Shown: piece after piece, positions 1 to 13,162 of the stretch
Numbering within the stretch: the stretch's first letter is position 1
Layout: every line of letters starts with the position of its first letter
From: Anaeramoeba ignava BMAN
Lineage: Eukaryota; Protista; Anaeramoebae
Reading direction: 5' to 3'
NCBI GenBank assembly: GCA_028826165.1
Contig: JAPDFW010000079.1
Coordinates: 186,001 to 250,000 of the forward strand
DNA: 64,000 bases
Program-made: the position numbers and the translations under genes
Notes under the pieces: generated by a model
What the model was told of the DNA's origin: nothing
What the model saw: only the letters and a program-made list of their open reading frames with translations
Database searches by the model: none

Positions 1-3000
1 AATTTGGATCTGAATTTTCTGTGAAATGTCTTCAATTTCCTTTTGTTTAATTTTAAATACTTGATTAAAAGAATCTTTTAAATAGAAAATGTTATTTGAT
101 TGAATTTTAATAAATTCTTTTTCGTTTTCTTCAATATCTTCCAAAATTTTCTGATTGATTGGAAGGAATATGATATTGGCTGCTTTTGTCCATTTTTCTT
201 TCATTATTTCTTCTTGAAATTCTTCAATATTTTGGCTGGAAAAAATAAATGAATTTTGAGGATTTTCAGTAAGTAAACTTTGCTTTCTGTTTTGATTTGA
301 AAATAATCCAAATAAGAAATTATAGTTTTCTTGCATAATTATTTGTAAATGCAATAAAAAAAGGTTTCTTTTTGCTTTTCTTTCATCTTCATCTTGATTC
401 TTTTCATTTTTTTCAATTTCATTTTTTTCGATTTCATTTTTTTCGATTTCATTTTTTTCAATTTCATTTTTTTCAATTTCATTTTTTTCAATTTCATTTA
501 AATTTTGATTTTGATTTTGATTTTGATTTTGATTTTGATTTTGATTTTGATTTTGATTTTGATTTTGATTTTGATTTTGATTTAAATTTTGATTTTGATT
601 TTGATTTTCATTTTGATTTTGATTTTGATTTTGATTTTGATTTTGATTTTGATTTTGATTTTGATTTTGATTTTGATTTTGATTTTCATTTTGATTTTGA
701 TTTTGATTTAAATTTTGATTTTGATTTTGATTTTGATTTTGATTTAAATTTTGATTTTGATTTTGATTTTGATTTTGATTTTGATTTTGATTTTGATTTT
801 GATTTAAATTTTGATTTAAATTTTGATTTTGATTTTGATTTTCATTTTGATTTTGATTTTGATTTTGATTTTGATTTTGATTTTGATTTTGATTTTGATT
901 TTGATTTTGATTTTCATTTTGATTTTCATTTTCATTTTGATTTAAATTTTGATTTTGATTTTGATTTTGAATATAAGAAAATAAAAATGATAAGCAAATT
1001 GTAATTAATTCTTGAGAATTTCGAATTGAAGATGCTTTGAAATTTAATGGCGAATTAATCATTTCAGACAATTTCGAAAGAAGAAGATTAGTAGTTTGAA
1101 TATTTGAGTTTGGAATTGTTGCAAAAATCAAGAAAATGATAATTTTATAAATTGCTCTTTTTTCTTTCTTTTTTTTGAATCGAATTCCTTTTTCTTTGAA
1201 AAATCCAATTTTTTCTAAAATGGGAAGTAAATTTTTTAAAATTTCTTTTTTTCCAAATAAATCAAATTTAACCTCAAAAATATTGTTTAAGTTTGTTTTT
1301 GTGTTTAAGTTGAGATTGTGTTTTGTTTTTTTTGCTTTTTTTGCTTTTTTTGTTTTGAGGATTTTTGTAAAATGTTTTGAAAATGTTGATTGAATAAATT
1401 GGTTTTGTGGTTGTTTTTCTGATTGTTTGACCTCAATTCCATTTTTAGATAGATTAAAACTAATTCCATTTAATACTTTTAATAAGTAAAATAAATTATT
1501 GATAAAATTTTTATTTTGCCTTTTGGAATTCTTATTGTAGATATTTTTGCTGTCATTTTGCTTTTTTGAACGATGATTGATATCTTCGAAAATATCATGA
1601 ATTATTGTTTCAATTATTTTGGGGATTGTCTCCTTGTTTGTTGCTGAAAAATGAACCAAAGAAACGGATGAAAGAAAATTTTCGAATATTTCTGGGAAAT
1701 TGTAAGATGGATTATGGAAGCAATAAATAAATAACAACTTGAACATTTTGAAGATGATCTCATTAACGTTATCTTGATGCTGATTTTCGTTGCTAAGCTC
1801 ATTTTGGTTTGGTTCGAATTGATAATGCAGAAAGTTTATTAGATAGAGAAGCAATTTTTGCCATCCAAATTGAGAAAGAATCTTCTCTTTATTCAAATTG
1901 CTTTCTACCATTAGGAAGTATAATTTGTGCAAGTGTAGAATATCGACTAGATTTGGAGAGTAATTCAAAATTTCGCAAATTGTTTGCAAAATACATGGAT
2001 TCCCAATAATTGAAAATTGGAACTTGTTATTCCGATTTTCGTAGATCAGCATTTTGAAAAGAAGATCAACAATTTCTTTTGACATTTCACTGTTATTATC
2101 AATTAATATTCTGTGGATCAAGGGATAAAGATCCTTCAACTCATCAATTTCAAATCCTTTTTTGCTTTGCAGCATTTGAATTACTTCTTGGTTTTCATGA
2201 AGAGATATGGCAATGAAAAAAATTATATCAAGACATAATTCCATTATTTTTGTGGATGGATTTTCTTTCATCAAATGAATGAATGGCTTAAATAGTTTAA
2301 TAGAAAGTAATTGCTTCCAATTTTGTTCGGGATTTTTGTTGATAAACTTCTGAAAAAAAGAAAGTGTTTTTTCAATAAATTTCTCGGTTTTGAAAAAGAA
2401 ACACGATGAAATCAATGATTGAATATATTTTGATTTGGAGATTTCATTTTCAATTTGATCCAAAAGAATTTCAATAATAGAAAATAAATTTTCAGTAGAA
2501 TCCTCAATCCTTTTTTGCAACTGAGAAAAATGGGGAAACGAATCCGATTCAAGAATTTTGTTTAACACTTCGTCATAGTAAATTAAGATTTCCAATAAAT
2601 CAAAAATTGTAATATTTTCTGGATTTTCTTGAGATTTTTCACTTGTTTTCACCATTTCTTCAATTTCATCAATTTCTGACAATTTCGTGGTTGTTTTTGG
2701 AAGATGCTTATTTTTTTGGATATTTTCCAAAACAATTTTTTTTTGAATATCAAAACGGAAATTTTTCCAAATTTCATAATCAAAAAGTAAATGAGTTTTG
2801 AGTTGAATTTGGAATTCTTGGTTTTTGATTTTTTCCTTCAGCTTCCTGAAGAGATTATAAATGTGATTTGAAAAATATTTTGGATTGATTGATTTAAGTA
2901 TATAACTGAGTATTTGGAATCCTTGTTTCTGAATCATTTGCTCTTGAAAAATTGAATCATTTAATAAAACATCTGGGATCATTTTCAGTATCTTTTCAAA

Positions 3001-6000
3001 AAGCATTTGAGTTGTGATTTCATTTCCATTGCCAATTCCAACAACAAAGACGTTTTGTTGATTAACTTGAAAAATTTCCTCTTCCCTTTGTTCTTCAAAT
3101 AGTTCATCAATCTCAAGAATGAGATACAATAATATTTCGATTCCACTTAAATAACGAATGATATCTTGAAAAGGAATTGTTTTGAATGAACAAATCCCTT
3201 TTGTTTTTGAATGCTCTTTGATAATATTTGATGGGCTTTGATTCAAGCATAGATTGTGTTGGGTTTGTCTTGGGTTATGGTAAATGATAATTTTTTGTGT
3301 TAATTCCCCATTGAAAATTTCTTTTAATTCTTTTTCTATTTTTGGATTAGCATATTTCAAAATTTCATTTGGATAAAAAAACGATTGATAATTCGGTCCC
3401 AGAAAATAAATTTTTTCAACTTGATTTTCATTAAGAAATTGATGAAAAAGATAAATTGTTCCCATTTGGCCAAAAAATGATTTTGGATTTATTATTTTTG
3501 CTTGTTGGGCAGAAAACATGAAGTCTGAACCAATTTCATTTTTGATGAAATCTTTTTCGTTTCCTATTTTTCTTGTTACTTTGATTTTTGTTGAGGCTAT
3601 TTGTTTTCCATCAAGATAAGTTGATATTTCCAATTCGGAACTTGATGTTTTGTATTTCTGTGTGAAAACAAAAAAATACCATCTTTTAGTTTCAATTCCA
3701 AAAGGAAATCTAATTTCAAATAATTCTTCGTCTTGATTTCCATAAAGTTGATAAATCAATAATTCTGGTTTTTTGTTTTCTTTGTCGAAACTCAAAAGTA
3801 ATTGAATTCCTTCTAGAGTTTCTGTGAAAAAATCAAATATTTTGGTTTGATAATATTTTTCAGAATTTTGATCTTTTCTTGATGAAGAAAAGTTGTCCAT
3901 TTGAAAATCTTCAATTCTTATCCAAGTAACAAAACTGAAATATTTGGAAATCAATTTATTTTTGAAGGATGGTAATTGAATATTTGAGTTTTCTTCATAA
4001 AAATCAAAGAAATTAATCTGGCTTTCATTTTGATTTTCCTTTATCATTTTTCTTAATTGATCTATCATTAGATTCGCGAATTGATTTTTTCCTTTTTTTA
4101 ATTGATCTTTCAAAATGAGAAAATATTCTTTCATTTCAGAAACCAGAATTTTGTGTGTTCCAATTTTTCCAATAAATTGAATAATCTGATTGAATAATTT
4201 TAAATTTTCAATTTTACTGATTACTTTTAGCAATAAAGAAATGATTCCTTGTTCACAACAACAATAAATATTATGAATTGATTTATCACAAATTTGATCA
4301 AAAATTTCCAAAGTTACATTGAAAAGAGATTTTTGATTTTGATTATTTTGAATTTGATTTTGATTATTTTGATTATTTTGATTATTTTGATTATTTTCAT
4401 TTTCATTTTGATTTTGATTATTTTGATTATGATTTTGATTTTGATTTTGATTTTGATTTTGATTATTTTGATTTTGATTTTGATTTTGATTTTGATTTTG
4501 ATTTTGATTTTGATTTTGATTTTGATTTTGATTTTGATTTTGATTTTGATTTTGATTTTGATTTTCATTATTTTTATTATTTTCATTATTTTGATTTTGA
4601 TTTTGATTTTGATTTTGATTATTTTGATTTTGATTATTTTGATTATTTTGATTTTCATTATTTTGATTTTGATTTTCATTATTTTGATTTTGATTTTGAT
4701 TTTGATTTTCATTATTTTGATTATTTTGATTATTTTGATTATTTTGATTATTTTGATTTTGATTATTTTGATTTTGAATTTGATTATTTTGATTTTGATT
4801 TTGATTTTGATTTTGATTTTGATTTTGATTTTGAATTTTATTTTGATTTTGATTTGTATTTTGATTATTTTGATTATTTTGATTTTGATTATTTTGATTT
4901 TGATTATTTTGATTTTGAATTTGATTTTGGTTTTGATTTTGATTTTGATTTTGATTTTCATTATTTTCATTATTATGATTTTCATTATTTTCATTATTAT
5001 GATTTTCATTATTTTGATTATTTTGATTATTATGATTTTCATTATTTTGATTATTTTGATTTTGATTTTGATTTTGAGAATAAATCCCTAAAATAATCTC
5101 TATCATAATTCTATTTCTAATAATGAAATTGTTTTCTATTGAAAAATTCCCATTATTAACCATTAAATCTAAAAGAATTTGTAATAATTTTTGTGATGGA
5201 TTTCCTTTTTCTGTTTCATACAATAATTCAATCAATTCTTTTGTTTCAACTATATTATGAAATTGAGAAATAATTCTTTCATTTTTTCTCATAATTTCTT
5301 TCAAAATTGATAAAATAAGATAAGTTAATCTTTGTTCTTTATCATTCAATAATGTTTTTACAATTAATAATGAATTGGAAGTGAAAAATATTTGTTGAAT
5401 AACTTCTCGATTATTTGAAATTGATTCCGAGAATCTTGAAACAAGTTTTTCAATATCATTCAATTCATTTTCATTTTCATTTTCATTTGATTTTTCATTT
5501 TCATTTTCATTTTCATTTTCATTTTCATTTTCATTTTCATTTTCATTTTCATTTTCATTTTCATTTTCATTTTCATTTTCATTTTCATTTTCATTTTCAT
5601 TTTCATTTTCATTTTCATTTTCATTTTCATTTTCATTTTCATTTTCATTTTCATTTTCATTTTCATTTGATTTTTGTTGATGATTGCTTTTTGAATTTAT
5701 TTTTTGAGAAAGAAAAAGAATCCTTTGGATTAAATAAGAAAAAAAACTATTTTCCTTTTCCAAATTTGTCATTTTGATTTTTTCAAGAACTTTTGGGATA
5801 TGAATCAAAGGAATTTGCCGAGTATTTTTGTTTTCAAATAATCCCATCAAACTATTTACCATTTCTTCATTTTGAAAAAAAATTTCTATATCTGTATTTT
5901 GGAACAAAAGATCCAAAATTTCTAAAGATAGATTAAATGTTTTATTTTCATGTTCTTCAATGAATTGAAATGCAGTTTCTTCAATTTCTTTCAACGCTTT

Positions 6001-8398
6001 GATTTTGTTAATTTTTTTTGATGCAATCTGAGGTTGTGTTTTGATAATTTCAATTATCATTTCTAAAAAGCGGTTTAAGATGAATAAATCTGATTTGATA
6101 TTTTGATTTCCAAAAATTTGATTAAATAATAATTGATAATAAAAATCTTCTTGATATTTGACGATAACATTAAACACGAACTGAATTAATAATGTTTGTA
6201 AATTGATGCTCATTTCATTTTCTTTGCTCTAATTAATAAATTGATAAATAAATTAATTAAAAATGAATAAATCAAAATCAGAAATTGTTTTTTTGTTGTT
6301 TTACATTTAAATAAATGGATTGCTTTCTGATAAAATAATCTGAAAAACAAATTTCCCATCCACTATTTTTTTGGAAAAAGTCTAGAATTTGTTGATCGTT
6401 ATCATTAATAATCATTCTGTTAAATTCAAATAAAATATAGAGTTGAAGTTCTGGGCAGATATCTTTGATATATTTTTGAATTTGGATAATTTTTTCATTT
6501 GATATATTGTGAATTAAAGATGGATGTGAAATTTCACTGTTTGTATTTTTGAATAAACTTAGATAAATCAAAACTAATCTTTCTTTGAAATTATTAACAT
6601 GTGTCTCAGTTTCATTTGTATATTTATCCAATTCCTTTCTGATATTTTGTTTTTTTAATTCATTTTCATTTGATTTTTCAATTTTTTGGAAACTTCTCAA
6701 ATTCTGAAAAAGTGTATCCAAATAAGGGTTATATAATTTAATTTGTGACACTTTTTTTGGATTAATATTTTCCATTTCTTTTGAATCCATTTTTGCTAAA
6801 TTTGATAAAGAATTGGAATCATTTTCTTTTATCAAGTGTTCTGATTTTTTTGGTAATTTTGTTTTGAAATCATAAGAAACCCAAAGAATAAGATCTCGAA
6901 GATATAAAATATTGTTATTATTGGTAATTTGATCAATAATATTTTCTCTTTTAGTTATTTGAATAAGAAATTTTAAAGCATTTGAACGAAAATTGAATTC
7001 GAAATGATTTAAATTTGATTCCAAACTTTTAAAATTTTGGAAAATGAAAGGATTTTCTTGTTTCTTGATTTTTGGATCAAATATAAAGTAATTTGTTTGC
7101 AAAAAATCTTCAATTTCAATTTCAATTTCAATTTCTTCTTGATTTGGAAATCCAATGTTCGGAAGAGAAGAAGATAAATTTGGAGGATTAAAGAATGTTG
7201 AAAAAAATTGGATGATTTCAATTTTTTGTTTTTCTGTGAATAAATTTAATCGATAAAAGTTTTCAAAATTTTCAAGAATTTTTAATTGAATATAAAATTG
7301 TTTTTCAGTAAAAATGTAAGATTTTCTAAGATTTAATATCATTTCAAAACATTCTATTTTTTAATTTAATTTAATTTAATTTAATTTTTGATAAAATTAT
7401 GAATAAAATGATTACCAATTAATAATGAAATTATTTTTAATTGTTTAATAGATTCTAAAATTTTTTCATTTGGAAAAACTTGTCTTTCTCTTAAAAAATG
7501 GTTTAAAATGCTCATAACTTCTGAAATTATAAATTGAAATTCAATTAAATAATAAATTGAAAGTGAAGAATTTGAGTTCTTGTTTTTTTTTTATAAAGAA
7601 ATTTTTAATTAATAAAGGAAAAAAACCAAAAGTGGAATTTAAATATATTTTGAATATATTTTACTCTTAAATTTCTCATTGATTGAAAAAGGTTTTTTGA
7701 AATTTCCAATAAATCTTGAAGAATTTGAAAAATTCCACTTTCAAAACAAATTTGGCGATTAAATTTTGATTTACAAAGAATTGAGATGATTGATAAAGAA
7801 ATCAAGAATTTATTTTCCTGATTTTGATCTTTTTAATTTTGAATTTTAATTTTAAATTTTAATTTTGATTTTAATTTTAATTTTGATTTTAATTTTAATT
7901 TTGATTTTAATTTTAATTTTAAATTTTTAATTGATTTTAAATTGATTTGGAAAAAAATCAATAATAACCTTGCAGAAGATCTTTTGAATACATTAATAAT
8001 GTTATAGAGAAAATAATTAATTCTATTGGATGAGCTTCTTTATTTAAAATAGCTTCATTAATTTCTTCATCTTCAAAATATTTTTCAAATTCATTTTGAT
8101 TTGGATTTAGATTTTCATTTGATTTTGTTTGTAAAGGATTCCAATTTCTAAATGCATTTTTGAATAATAAACAAAATTCTAAAATTTCTTGATTCATCTA
8201 AAATATAATTGGTTTTTTTTTTTTTTATTTTGTAATCAAAATTATCCATAAATTTTTTTTTTTCTATTTCAAATTAATTTTTTTTTTTACTTCATTTGGA
8301 TTTTTTGATTTAATTTTTTCCCATATTTGAATAATTTCATTTCCATTTGGAAAAGTTGAAAAGAATTCCTCTTCTTTTTTTTCTTCAATAAATTCCAT
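1..8398 (-). CDS. Neurobeachin/LRBA-like BEACH-family protein, 5' part (runs off the window start). Exons approx. 8398-8291, 8197-7969, 7828-7665, 7578-7416, 7353-6305, 6228-<1
   Basis: Manual splicing gives five phase-consistent GT-AG introns. The long exon (spot-translated; absent from the ORF track, probably because it runs off the edge) contains NBEA/LRBA N-terminal motifs: 'CDKSIHNIYCCCEQGIISLLLK', a ConA/LamG-like region 'FSFVTWIRIE...RWYFFVFT...TYLDGKQ...GQMGTIYLF...IYFLGPNY', 'FQDIIRYLSGIEILLYLI' and 'NKEKILSQFGWQKLLLYL'. The BEACH/WD40 part lies outside the window. Confidence 0.75.
400..970 (-). repeat. (CAAAAT)n-type hexamer tract, probably coding poly-(NQ) in the BEACH protein
   Basis: (ATTTTG)n on the + strand inside the long BEACH exon. 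Confidence 0.85.
4330..5075 (-). repeat. Coding N/Q/E low-complexity tract in the BEACH protein
   Basis: ATTTTG/ATT/TTC mosaic on +, reading CAA/AAT/GAA codons on -. Confidence 0.85.
5463..5666 (-). repeat. (GAAAAT)n coding poly-(EN) tract
   Basis: More than 30 near-perfect ATTTTC units on +. Confidence 0.9.
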
Positions 8399-8508
8399 TT
8401 AAAACAACAAAATAAAAAGAGAAGAAAAAAAAAATCTAAAAAAAAAAAAAAATGAAAAAAAAATTTATTTTCATTTTTTTTCATTTTTTTTTATTCATTT
8501 TTCAAAAA
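8399..8508. promoter_or_regulatory. 110-bp bidirectional promoter with Inr-like TTTTCATT motifs on both strands
   Basis: AATGAAAAA at 8451 (minus-strand motif) and TTTTCATTTT repeats at ~8468-8500; same layout at the other divergent gene pairs. Confidence 0.55.
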
Positions 8509-10237
8509 ATGAATGAAATTTTATTTTGGGGTTCAAATGAGAATCCAATCTTTGTAAAAAATGAAATAGAAATAATAACAAAACCAACTCAATTTAAATT
8601 TGAAAAAGAAAATGAAAACGGAATTAAACAAATTTCATCAGGTTATTCAGGAACAATTTTCCTTTTTGAAAATGGAAAAGCAATTGAATATTTAAAAAAT
8701 TCAAGCAAAAATCCTGAAAAAATCCAAATTGAAAATATTCAAAAAGTGGCAATTGGTTTTGAAAATGAAGCTATTTTAACAAAGGAAGGAAATGTATTTG
8801 CCAAAGGATTTTATATTAATCAAGAAAATCCAAATAAATTTATCAATATTTCATCATTAATTAAAGATCCAAATGACAGAATAATTCAAGACGTTGTTTC
8901 TGGAATTTATTCAATTTACTTATTAACTTCAAATCAAAATGTTTATGGAATTGGTTCAAATAGATCAGGTCAACTTGGTTTTGATTATAAAACACTTCCA
9001 AAAACAGAAAAACCAATTTTAATGATGAAAAATGTTTCTAAAATATTTTCAGGAAGCTCTTCATATTCAGTTTTTCTTTTGAATTCAAATCAAGAATTAT
9101 TTTGTTGTGGATCGAATTCTTATGGTCAACTTGGATTAGGAGAATCAATAAAAGGAACTATCCAAAAATTAACCAAAATCCAAAATATTCCAAAAGGCAG
9201 AATAATTGATATTCAATGTGCAGGTGAACATTCTATAATGATGATCGAACAAAAATCTCCAAAAAGAAAACTTTATTCATGTGGAAGAAGATTCCACAGC
9301 GGAATTCAGGGAGATGCTTATGAATTTACTGAAATCAAATCATCTTTATTTGAAAAAATAATATTCTTGATTTTTCTTGTGGGCTTGAACATACTTTGAT
9401 TTTAACTTCAAATTCAAAGATGATAGGTTTCGGACATAATTTTTTTGGTGAATTAGGAACTGGAACCATAAGAAATCAATCAAAACCAATTCAAATTGAA
9501 CTTCCTAAATTGTTATTTAGTGATGATGTTTCCAATTATCATCTATGCTGCGGATATGATAACTCATTTCTTTATTATTCTTCTCATTTCGCTTTTTTTA
9601 ATCTTGAAGAAGATTTGATTCAATTACTCAGAAGAAATGAATTTTGTGATATTTCATTTAAAACCAAAAATGGAGAAAAGATATTTGCTCATAAATTAAT
9701 ATTGAAATATAGATTAAAAGATGAAAATGAAATTGAAAAACTTCAAGAAATTATTTCAAAAAAATCAATTAAAGAATCAAATCAAATATTTGAAATGATT
9801 TATTCAAACAGAATAATAAATCCAAAATTATATTCTGAAATTAAAGAAATTATAAATTCAAATGAAAAATTGAAGAAACAATGAAAAGAATTTATTTAAA
9901 TGAAAATGAAAATGAAAAAGATTTTATTATTGAAAGAAAAGAAAAACAATATAAATTTCCAAAATTACTGTTGATAATGAGAAGCGGTTTATATCGAGGA
10001 ATGTTTTTATCTGTAACAGAAGATACTTCCAATAAAGTTACAGATTATAGTGAATTAAGTAATAAATCATTTCAAATATTTGAATATTGGATTTATTCAA
10101 ATCAAATTAAAGATGAAATTCAAATTACACAAGAAATTATTAATGAAATTCAAATTGGAATTGATTATTTTCAATTAAATCAAACAAATCCAAATTTATT
10201 TGATTTATTAATTAGGAAATTTAATAATCAAAATTAA
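8509..10237 (+). CDS. RCC1-repeat/BTB-POZ protein copy 1, with two -1 frameshifts at A-runs (~9355, ~9870)
   Basis: RCC1 motifs (GSNRSGQLG, CGSNSYGQLG, GFGHNFFGELG) followed by BTB-like 'FCDISFKT...AHKLIL' and 'KLLLIMRSGLYRGMF...YWIYSN'. The three ORF pieces align end to end with intact paralogs. Confidence 0.85.
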
Positions 10238-10334
10238 AATTAAAATTAAAATTTATTTGATTTATTATTTAACAAATTTAATAATAAAAATTAAAATTCC
10301 AAAATTTATTTTTTCATTTTTTTCTTTTTCAAAA

Positions 10335-12284
10335 ATGAATGATTGTTTATTTTTTGGTCAAAATGAATTACCAATTCTTTTAGAAAATGAAGAATATGAA
10401 ATAACAAAACCAATTAAATTTAAATTTGAAAATGAAAATGAAAATGAAAATGAAAATGAAAATGAAAAACAAATTAAACAAATTTCAACTGCAAAATTTT
10501 CAACAATTTTCCTTTTTGAAAACGGAAAAGCAATAGAATATTTAAGAAATTCAAATCAAAATCCTGAAAAAATCCAAATTGAAGAAAATATTCAAAAAGT
10601 AACTGTTGGTTTTGATAATGAAGTTATTTTAACAATAGAAGGAAATGTATTTGCCAAAGGAAATAATATTAATTCAAAAAATGCAAAAGAATTTATCAAT
10701 ATTTCATCATTAATTGAAGATAAAAATGATAGAATAATTCAAGATATTGTTTCTGTGAATAATTCAATTTATTTATTAACTTCAAATCAAAATGCTTATG
10801 GAATTGGTTCAAATAAATATATCCAACTTGGCTTTGGTCTTCAATCACTTGAAAAAACAGAAAAACCAATTTTAATGATGAAAAATGTTTCTAAAATATT
10901 TTCAGGAAATTGTTCTTCTCAGGTTTTTCTTTTAAATTCAAATCAAGAATTATTTGGATGTGGGAATAATTATTCTGGTCAACTTGGATTAGGAGAATCA
11001 AGAAAAGAAGAAAAAATTCAAAAACCAGCCAAAATCCAAAATATTCCAAAAGGCAAAATAATTGATATTCAATGTGGATGGTCTCATTCAATAATGTTGG
11101 TTGAAGATGAGATTCCAAAGAGAAAACTTTATTCATGTGGATATTATAGAGATAATGGTCTTGGCAAAACTGAAGAAAATACTTATGAATTTACTGAAAT
11201 CAAATCATCTTTATTTGAAAATGATGATAATATTCTTGATATTTCTTGTGGGCATTCTCATACTTTGATTTTAACATCCAAACCGAAATTGATAGCATTT
11301 GGAAATAACTATTGGGGTCAATTAGGAACTGGAAATAAAAAAGATCAAACAATTCCAATTCAAATTGAACTTCCTAAATTAAGATTTAATGAAGATATTT
11401 CCAATTATCATATTTCTTGTGGATTTCATAAATCTTTTCTTTATTATTCTCCTCCTTTCTTTTCCAATCTTGAAGAAGATTTGATAAAATTATTTGGAAG
11501 AAAAGAATTTTGTGATATTTCATTTAAAACAGAAAATGGAGAAAAGATATTTGCTCATAAATTAATATTGAAATATAGATTAAAAGATCAAAATCAAATT
11601 GAAAAACTCCAAGAAATTATTTCAAATAAATCAATTAAAGAATCAAATCAAATATTTGAAATGATTTATTCAAACAGAATAATAAATCCAAAATTATATT
11701 CTGAAATTAAAGAAATTATAAATTCAAATGAAAAAATAGAAGAAACAATGAAAAGAATTTATTTAAATGAAAATGAAAATGAAAAAGATTTTATAATTGA
11801 AAGAAAAGAAAAACAATATAAATTTCCAAAATTAATATTAATAATGAGAAGTGAATTATATCGAGGAATGTTTTTATCTGTAACAAATGATAAATCTAAT
11901 AAAGTTAAAGATTATAGTGAATTAAGTGATAAATCATTTCAAATATTTGAATATTGGATTTATTCAAATCAAATTAAAGATGAAATTGAAATTACTCAAG
12001 AAATAATTGATGAAATTAAAATTGGAATTGATTATTTTCAATTAAATCAAACAAATCCAAATTTATTTGATTTATTAATTAGGAAATTTAATAATCAAAA
12101 TCAAAATCAAATTCAAAATCAAAATCAAAATCAAAATCAAAATCAAAATCAAAATCAAAATCAAAATCAAAATCAAAATCAAAATCAAAATCAAAATCAA
12201 AATTTAAAAATCAAAATCAAAATCAAAATCAAAATCATTCCAAAAATAAAATTAAAATTAAAAATAATAATAAAGGTTGCTTAA
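10335..12284 (+). CDS. RCC1-repeat/BTB-POZ protein copy 2 (intact, NQ tail; exact stop uncertain)
   Basis: ORF 10257..12284; ATG at 10335 (MNDCLFFG) matches paralog starts; RCC1 repeats plus two BTB-like modules. Confidence 0.9.
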   Translation: MNDCLFFGQNELPILLENEEYEITKPIKFKFENENENENENENEKQIKQISTAKFSTIFLFENGKAIEYLRNSNQNPEKIQIEENIQKVTVGFDNEVILTIEGNVFAKGNNINSKNAKEFINISSLIEDKNDRIIQDIVSVNNSIYLLTSNQNAYGIGSNKYIQLGFGLQSLEKTEKPILMMKNVSKIFSGNCSSQVFLLNSNQELFGCGNNYSGQLGLGESRKEEKIQKPAKIQNIPKGKIIDIQCGWSHSIMLVEDEIPKRKLYSCGYYRDNGLGKTEENTYEFTEIKSSLFENDDNILDISCGHSHTLILTSKPKLIAFGNNYWGQLGTGNKKDQTIPIQIELPKLRFNEDISNYHISCGFHKSFLYYSPPFFSNLEEDLIKLFGRKEFCDISFKTENGEKIFAHKLILKYRLKDQNQIEKLQEIISNKSIKESNQIFEMIYSNRIINPKLYSEIKEIINSNEKIEETMKRIYLNENENEKDFIIERKEKQYKFPKLILIMRSELYRGMFLSVTNDKSNKVKDYSELSDKSFQIFEYWIYSNQIKDEIEITQEIIDEIKIGIDYFQLNQTNPNLFDLLIRKFNNQNQNQIQNQNQNQNQNQNQNQNQNQNQNQNQNQNQNLKIKIKIKIKIIPKIKLKLKIIIKVA

Positions 12285-12359
12285 TATTTTGAACGAAATA
12301 ATTGTTTGAGGATTTCAAATAAATCCAAATCCAAATCAAAATCAAAATCAAAAGAAAAA

Positions 12360-13162
12360 TAAAAATCAAAATCAAAATTCAGATATTAAATGTTTTGATC
12401 TTGTTTTTTTTTGTGAATAAATTAATAATTTTCTTATTAAAAAAGAAGCAAAAAATCAATTAAAATTAATCAACATTAAATCTAAAATAAATTATTAATT
12501 ATTTTTAATTTTAATTTAATTTAAATAAATAAGATCAAATTTTTTTCCAATTTAGATAAATTCAACCCCCAAAACAAGAAAATTTAGGAAATAAAAATTA
12601 AAATAGATTTTAGTTTTTATTTTTAATTTAAAATAATTTAAAATGAAAAATTTAACTTTTAAATTGATCAAATTGGAAATTATTATTAATTAAATTAATT
12701 TAAATTTTTCAAAAAGAAAAGAATAAAATTAAAATTAACTTTTTAAACTAATTTTCTTAAATAAAAATTAAAATTAATTTAAGGATCTGATTATTTTAAA
12801 TTTAAATTAAAAATTGAAACAATGAAATAATAAAGAAAAGAAAATAAGAAAAAATGTTTAATAAATGTTTAAATTATCATTTTATTATTTTATTATTTTA
12901 TTATTTTATTATTTTATTATTTTATTATTTTTATTTTTAGTTTTTTTTTGCCATCTTGATCTACAAAAAAAAAATGAAGATAAAAGAAAAAAAAATTTTT
13001 TCGTTTGATTTTCATTTCTTTTTAATCAAATTTCTTATTTGAATTTAAATTTAAATTGTAACTAAATATTTGTTTATTTAAATTTTAATTTTAATTTAAA
13101 TTTTAATTTTAATAATTTTTTAATTTTTTCCACAAAAAAAAAAAACAAAAATAATAAGGAAA
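12360..13162 (+). repeat. ~800 bp upstream block duplicated at ~15345-16123; its proximal ~270 bp recurs at ~19820-20092
   Basis: Near-identical sequence, e.g. 'ttcagatattaaatgttttgatc...caacccccaaaacaag...ttttgccatcttgatctac'. Confidence 0.9.

Noticed and set aside
372-5777. Plus-strand ORFs of FD, IL and FH dipeptides and the minus-strand IK/MK ORFs
   Set aside because: Shadow frames of hexamer repeats inside the BEACH gene's long exon.
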